A stretch of DNA of 64,000 nucleotides. It comes from Eledone cirrhosa. Its lineage: Eukaryota. The notes under the pieces are model-generated. The model saw nothing but the letters and a program-made list of their open reading frames with translations. It made no database searches and was not told the origin of the DNA. The DNA is taken from the NCBI GenBank assembly GCA_964016885.1, contig OZ024743.1:265670001-265734000 (forward strand), in the 5' to 3' direction. The position numbers were made by a program, and so were the translations under genes. The stretch's first letter is position 1; each line of letters begins with the position of its first letter. Below are positions 55,887 through 64,000 of the stretch, in pieces.

Positions 55887-56600
55887 GGAAGGGAAGAAGA
55901 CGCACGAGGTGGTAGAACGTCACGAAATTGCTCCCGTAAGTTTTTTGATTTTTAACATATTTAAATCAATTGTGAAAGAACAATTCTTAGCACAAATGTT
56001 GCATAAAGGCACCGAAAGAGGTCCCATAAAGTTTCGGATCCATATTATATTGTTGTATCGCTCAAATATTCAATTTTGTATTATATATTTTGTATTCAAA
56101 AAAAGAAAATGGTTATAAATGGAACAAAACACCCTCTGTCTATACTATATAGAACAGCGGCAATTTCAATTTCACCAACACCAGAAACTTGATACACTAC
56201 CTATCCCATCACACTAAATATAACGGCAACTTCACCGGCATCATAATAATAATTACTATTATTATTGTCTCAAATTAAAAAAAATGTTTAATTCAAATTT
56301 TACGGGAATATGTCAACACAAAATATAATGAAAATATATATTAAACATACGAACACAAACTCATAGATACTATATCAGTAACCACAACACCACCGCTGCC
56401 ACCACCCCACCACATCCATCATCGCCGCCACCACTCATTCAATGCTACTGACACTATTCCCCTGTTAACTTGAGAGAGAAAAGGGAAGGTGGTGGTAGCA
56501 CTAGACAAGAGAGAGGCTAGCAAAAGATATAAATAGATTGACTTGGTGACCTTGCCACGGACAAACGTCTACATCAACAATTATGGGACTGCTGGCTCAC
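55887..56600 (+). mobile_element. 5' relic of a Tx1-like element, homologous to 13310-13885
   Basis: Shared 5' block and KRYK*IDLVTLP-like ORF1 remnant. Confidence 0.45.
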
Positions 56601-56826
56601 CCCTTCCTCACCAACAATATAAAATGCCCCGGCACCACCACCGACATAGCAAGCAGCAATAACAGCCAACTACAACAAAAAGTATATTATATTATTGTAA
56701 TGCACTGGGTGATTGCTGGCCTGGAGTGGAGACAATTATTAATAATTTCATTCTTAAGCCACGCAATGCTCACATTAAGGAACCACTCATGATAATAACA
56801 ATTTAAAAAAAACAACAAAAAGAAAA

Positions 56827-59800
56827 CCCCGTGACCAAGAAATACCGGGATGGCGGCCGGCGGGGAATAGCCATGTCTCTAGGGGAGAACGACCCCTCTA
56901 GTCTTGGTTGACACTCGTTCTAGAAGTGGTAACACGAAAAGATTACCCCTTGGCGGATAAGGATAAAACGCGACAGAATAAAGTAGATGTCTAATGATGA
57001 AATCTCATACCGGATCGGCCGTCACCCGGGTAAAAAAGGGCCGCGTCCCTCAGAGAGGAACCAGACTGGGGTCGAAAAATCAGCTAATGGTTCAAACCTT
57101 CCCATCACTTCGGAGCTGGAGACCTCCCATAACCGGAATACTCCTACTGTTGGCCCTCCATGCTCACCACCAAGAAATCCAAAGAAAAAGAGAGAAAAAT
57201 GGTCAAGGGAAGATAATAAAGAAGTCCTTGAGGCTTTCTACACTGCCATGTACTACCCATCAAATACATCGAATACAGAGCAAACATATATCAACTGTAA
57301 AAAGAAACATCCCGAAAACAGAGGCTATATTGACAGTAACAAACTAGCCAATATACGAAGAAATATTGTAAGAAAAAAGTTACTAACTGATATAGAAATT
57401 GATCAGATCAAGCTAGTAGCACAAAGTCAGCGAAGGGAAAATGAAGCATGTGTCAGTGAAAACGAGGTAAACTGTAACACTTCGAATCCCAGAGTTGGGG
57501 CGGAATCACTGGCAACAGAACAAATTAAAGAAAGGAGCGAAAAAGTGGAGGGAGTGCATGCTCAGGATGAAACTCCAAATGAAAATAATGAGATCGTAAA
57601 TGATAAAGAAATGAATGAGAATGAACTTGCCAACTTGAAGGATGAAATTATGATCGAATGGATGAAAATGAAAGAATCTGACATGGGGGAACGAGACACC
57701 CTCCCTAAGATCCAGAACTCCAAACAGAACCAAAAGATAATACACAAGACTAACATAATTCTCAAAAACATTATCATCACAAACAAACTAAGCATTACTG
57801 ACTTAAATCATCTCTATTATGCATCGGCTAAAGTCACCACTCACTTATGTGGAGTGAAGATGAAAAAACAAAGGAATTCCCACAAGAAATCTACTTGGCA
57901 AGATAACATCAATCGCCAAATAAACCTTCTCCGATGTGACATAGAAATTTTAACAAACTATAAAGTAGGTGAACATGTTAAACAAACTAAACTTAGAAAA
58001 TTGAAAAAAAAGTACAGTATAAGATCAACAAGTGACATAGACATGCTGATAGAAACAATCAAGCAAAAAGTGTCGGCCAAAGCTGCTCGTATAAGGCGCT
58101 TTGAAAAACGATCTAGATTCTATAAGGACAATAATATGTTCAAAAACAACCAAAGTAACTGCTACAGAAAAATTGGTAAGTCAACAATAACTGCTAAATC
58201 AATACCACCCAAGGAGGAAGTGCAAGAATTCTGGGAAAAGATCTGGGCCGAAGAAAAAGTTCATAACATACATGCCCCATGGATAGACAGACAAATGAAA
58301 GAAACAGCTCACCTTGAAGAACAAACATGGGAAAATATAACAGTTGAACAGCTGCGCTTGGCTCTAAGAAAAACCAGCAAATGGAAATCCCCAGGAAAAG
58401 ACAAAATACAGAACTTTTGGATAAATGCCTTCACAGAGTCTCATGAGCTGTTAGCCCAACTTTACAATGAAATAGTTAAGGAGCCAGAAAAGATACCATC
58501 ATGGCTAGTTAACGGCATTACATTCCTGCTACCGAAGAATGATGAGACAAACAATCCCAAAAATTACAGACCGATAACCTGCTTGACCACAATGTATACA
58601 ATTTTAACATCAGTCCTAACTGAATACACATATGACCATCTGATAACAAATGACCTATTTCCCATTGAGCAGAAAGGGTGTAAACGAGGCTCATATGGCT
58701 GTAAGGATCAGCTTCTGGTTAACAAAATGATACTGGAAGATTGTCATAATAGACACAAAAATCTATCGATTGCTTGGATAGATTATAAAAAAGCATTTGA
58801 TAGTTTGCCACACAGTTGGATTGAAAAATGTTTAGAGATTTTCAAAATATCCCCCGTTATCAGGAGGTTTTTGTCATTCAGTATGAGGACATGGAGAACG
58901 ACACTCCTTTTGAATAGTGAAACAAAATCACTGGAAGCTGGAGAAGTTAACATTAATTGTGGAATTTTTCAGGGTGACTCTTTATCACCGCTTTTATTCT
59001 GCATCGCACTTATACCATTAAGTAAAATGCTCAATGAAACAAAACATGGATATAGAGTCTATGACAAAACCATTAATCACCTGTTCTACATGGATGACCT
59101 GAAACTATTTGCAAAAAATGATGAACAATTGCAAGGGCTATTATCCACTGTGAAGCAGTTCAGTGATGACATTAAAATGGAGTTTGGACTGGATAAATGC
59201 GCCAAAGCAACGTTCACCAGAGGTAAGCTGCTGAAGAGTTCAGACATTAATCTTGATCGGGGGAACGTGATAAGAGAGCTTGATCAAGAACAAACTTACA
59301 AATATCTAGGTGTTTGTGAAGGAGACGGAATCAAGCACTCGACAATGAGGGAAAGGATAAGGAAGGAATGTTACCGCAGAGTAAGAGCAATCTTAAGAAC
59401 GGAATTGAATGCAAGGAATAGGATCGATGCCATAAACACGCTTGCCATACCAGTAGTAACCTACAGTTACAATGTCATCAACTGGTCAAGCACAGAGATC
59501 CGTAGGCTCGATACAAAAATCCGAAAATTCTTAACCATGCACAGAATGCATCACCCTAAGGCAGACATAGATAGAATATATCTCCCTAGGAAAGAAGGAG
59601 GACGTGGGTTAATCCAGTTAGACATTGCGTTGAAAACTGCAACAATTGGATTATCCACATATCTAAGGGAATCACATGATTGGATGATCAAACTCGTTTT
59701 GAAACACGAAAGCACCAAAAGATCATATTCCATTACAAAAGATGCACAAAGATACAGTAATGGACTACAAATTTCAGAAGTCCCATTTACTGCTGAAATG

Positions 59801-60777
59801 GAAAACACAGAAAAAGCAAAGCAGGTAAAAGTAACTGCAAAGAAAGAACTGCTACAGAAACTGGCTAAGAAATGGCAAGAAAAGCCTCTGTATGGAAAAT
59901 ACCTAGAGCGAGCTAACAATCCTGATGTTGACAAAACTTTAACCCATCAGTGGTTGGCATCCTCTGGACTGAAATCGGAGACTGAAGGACTGATTATATC
60001 CGCACAAGATCAGTGTCTGCCAACAAAAAATTACCAAGCCAACATAATAAAAAATGGGTGCAGCCCATTATGCCGTGTATGCAAAAAACAACCAGAGACC
60101 ATTGACCATATAATTTCAATGTGCAGTCCTATAGCTCCAACCGAATACCTAAACAGGCATGACAGAGCTGCACAATACATACATTGGATAATGTGCAAGC
60201 ATTTTGACCTGCCCCATCAAAAGAATTGGTGGGAGCATCAACCACCTCCCATACTTGAAAAAGATCACATCTCAATCTTGTGGAACTTTAGCATCCAAAC
60301 AGACCGAAAAATAGATGCAAATAGACCTGATATAATATTGAAGGACTTTCAAAGGAGGGTATGCCTGCTAATTGATATGTCTGTTCCAATAGACACGAAT
60401 GTATCTATAAAAACATTTGAAAAATTGAGCAAGTATAAGGACCTGGAGATAGAAATTGGAAAAATGTGGAAATTGAGAACTAAAACAATACCAGTGGTTG
60501 TAGGCGCTCTGGGAATGATACCTAAGGGGTCTAACGACTACTTATCGCAAATCCCAGGAAACCCGCGTATAGGAGAAATACAAAAGATAGTACTAATGGG
60601 AACTGCCCATATACTAAGGAAGATCCTGTCAATATAAGTACATCACAAGTCTAAACACTAAGGATGCATGTGTGAATATGTGTGTTCTTTCTTGAACATG
60701 GCGGACCTTGTTGTCTCTTGAGGTCACTGGTTGTGACTTGGTGATAACTCGTATAAACATAAAGCAAGATAAATGCA
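56827..60777 (+). mobile_element. Full-length R4/Dong-clade RLE non-LTR retrotransposon (family A)
   Basis: GC-rich ~160-nt 5' UTR, single long ORF, ~140-nt 3' UTR, (TAA)n tail at 60778-60791. Confidence 0.9.
56987..60637 (+). CDS. R4/Dong polyprotein: Myb-like N-terminus, reverse transcriptase, CCHC zinc finger, PD-(D/E)xK endonuclease (1216 aa, intact)
   Basis: KWSREDNKEVLEAFY; KWKSPGKD; NYRPITCL; EQKGCKRGSYGCKDQL; [10 protein letters not shown]; GIFQGDSLSP; HLFYMDDLKLF; YKYLG; CRVCKKQPETIDHIISMC; RHD; NRPDII..LIDMSVP..EKLSKY. Confidence 0.95.
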   Translation: MSNDEISYRIGRHPGKKGPRPSERNQTGVEKSANGSNLPITSELETSHNRNTPTVGPPCSPPRNPKKKREKWSREDNKEVLEAFYTAMYYPSNTSNTEQTYINCKKKHPENRGYIDSNKLANIRRNIVRKKLLTDIEIDQIKLVAQSQRRENEACVSENEVNCNTSNPRVGAESLATEQIKERSEKVEGVHAQDETPNENNEIVNDKEMNENELANLKDEIMIEWMKMKESDMGERDTLPKIQNSKQNQKIIHKTNIILKNIIITNKLSITDLNHLYYASAKVTTHLCGVKMKKQRNSHKKSTWQDNINRQINLLRCDIEILTNYKVGEHVKQTKLRKLKKKYSIRSTSDIDMLIETIKQKVSAKAARIRRFEKRSRFYKDNNMFKNNQSNCYRKIGKSTITAKSIPPKEEVQEFWEKIWAEEKVHNIHAPWIDRQMKETAHLEEQTWENITVEQLRLALRKTSKWKSPGKDKIQNFWINAFTESHELLAQLYNEIVKEPEKIPSWLVNGITFLLPKNDETNNPKNYRPITCLTTMYTILTSVLTEYTYDHLITNDLFPIEQKGCKRGSYGCKDQLLVNKMILEDCHNRHKNLSIAWIDYKKAFDSLPHSWIEKCLEIFKISPVIRRFLSFSMRTWRTTLLLNSETKSLEAGEVNINCGIFQGDSLSPLLFCIALIPLSKMLNETKHGYRVYDKTINHLFYMDDLKLFAKNDEQLQGLLSTVKQFSDDIKMEFGLDKCAKATFTRGKLLKSSDINLDRGNVIRELDQEQTYKYLGVCEGDGIKHSTMRERIRKECYRRVRAILRTELNARNRIDAINTLAIPVVTYSYNVINWSSTEIRRLDTKIRKFLTMHRMHHPKADIDRIYLPRKEGGRGLIQLDIALKTATIGLSTYLRESHDWMIKLVLKHESTKRSYSITKDAQRYSNGLQISEVPFTAEMENTEKAKQVKVTAKKELLQKLAKKWQEKPLYGKYLERANNPDVDKTLTHQWLASSGLKSETEGLIISAQDQCLPTKNYQANIIKNGCSPLCRVCKKQPETIDHIISMCSPIAPTEYLNRHDRAAQYIHWIMCKHFDLPHQKNWWEHQPPPILEKDHISILWNFSIQTDRKIDANRPDIILKDFQRRVCLLIDMSVPIDTNVSIKTFEKLSKYKDLEIEIGKMWKLRTKTIPVVVGALGMIPKGSNDYLSQIPGNPRIGEIQKIVLMGTAHILRKILSI

Positions 60778-61195
60778 AATAATAATAATAGTATCAATAA
60801 TTATAATAGGACTGTCTATTGGTAGTATCCGTAGAGCACCATACACCATGCTTTGCAAGAAAAAGCTATAGCCCTTTATGATCAAATTATCAGTTGTTGA
60901 GTAGATATATCAATGATACCAGTGGAACCCAACTCTATGAACCCATCTATTTCAGTTAAACAATATTGATACTACAAGGAATATTCGGCTTATTCTTGCT
61001 TCACTGTATAATTTACCGCTTCCTTTCATTATTCATGTAACAGCTGCAATAAACTTATGTTTTATGCCATAATGCAGAAGAAAAGGCACTTTTCTTCTGA
61101 AGAGCACCTGCCTTCACTACGGATCCAGATGATTTGGAAGAGCATTCTCTTTAGTGCTGAAGCCCATGTGCAGGGCACATAGTCGTCTAGCAGAT

Positions 61196-61400
61196 ATAAT
61201 GGAGAAAATGTTGCCCCGAAGATGGTAAGATAGACGCGTTGGGCATACACATTCGAACTCGCGGGACTTGCTCTAGTGGTGGCCAACTCCACCCCAATAG
61301 TAGTGAGTAGGGATGTCATCAGACGGCTAAGAACAACCGAGGTGCCCACTGATATCCGTTCGACGTTCGACCACAAACCTATCGGAAAGCGGCTGATACT
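61196..61400 (-). mobile_element. Diverged CRE-derived fragment
   Basis: GTSVVLSRLMTSLLTTIGVELA..AQRVYLTIFGATFS is homologous to 25811-25985. Confidence 0.55.
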
Positions 61401-61519
61401 TCCACATGTTTATTCCCTATTTTAAAAACTATTTTCTCTAGCTAAATATACGGCGAATGCTCTTTCAATTCAATTCGCACACACACACACACGCACACAC
61501 AAACTCACACACACATATA

Positions 61520-64000
<2,481 letters not shown>

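Overview
Eukaryotic, AT-rich, microsatellite-saturated non-genic DNA. The SINE family and the (TA)n/(CA)n load suggest an octopus or other coleoid cephalopod (inference, not verified). No intact host gene is supportable. The window is almost entirely a retroelement nest. (1) R4/Dong-clade RLE-type LINEs: one has an intact 1216-aa ORF (56987-60637, Myb-like N-terminus, RT YMDD, CCHC, PD-(D/E)xK), and four copies are decayed or truncated. (2) L1/Tx1-clade APE-type LINEs on the minus strand: two near full-length, plus truncated copies, bounded by (TAA)n wherever their ends survive. (3) Penelope-like elements (PLEs; one Neptune-like, two Naiad-like) with inverted pLTR or inversion structures. (4) At least six families of short repeats carrying full, half or decayed type I hammerhead ribozyme (HHR) motifs, including a ~445-bp retrozyme-like tandem unit that also carries an ATGCAAAT octamer. 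(5) CRE-, RTE- and L1-derived fragments, tRNA-derived SINEs, a Helitron 3' end, and a ~2.2-kb tandem duplication. The strongest leads are the HHR repeat system, a possible double-pseudoknot RNA at the 5' end of the intact R4/Dong element, and convergent (TAA)n targeting by Tx1 and R4/Dong LINEs. All RNA structures were paired by eye and are not computed or tested.
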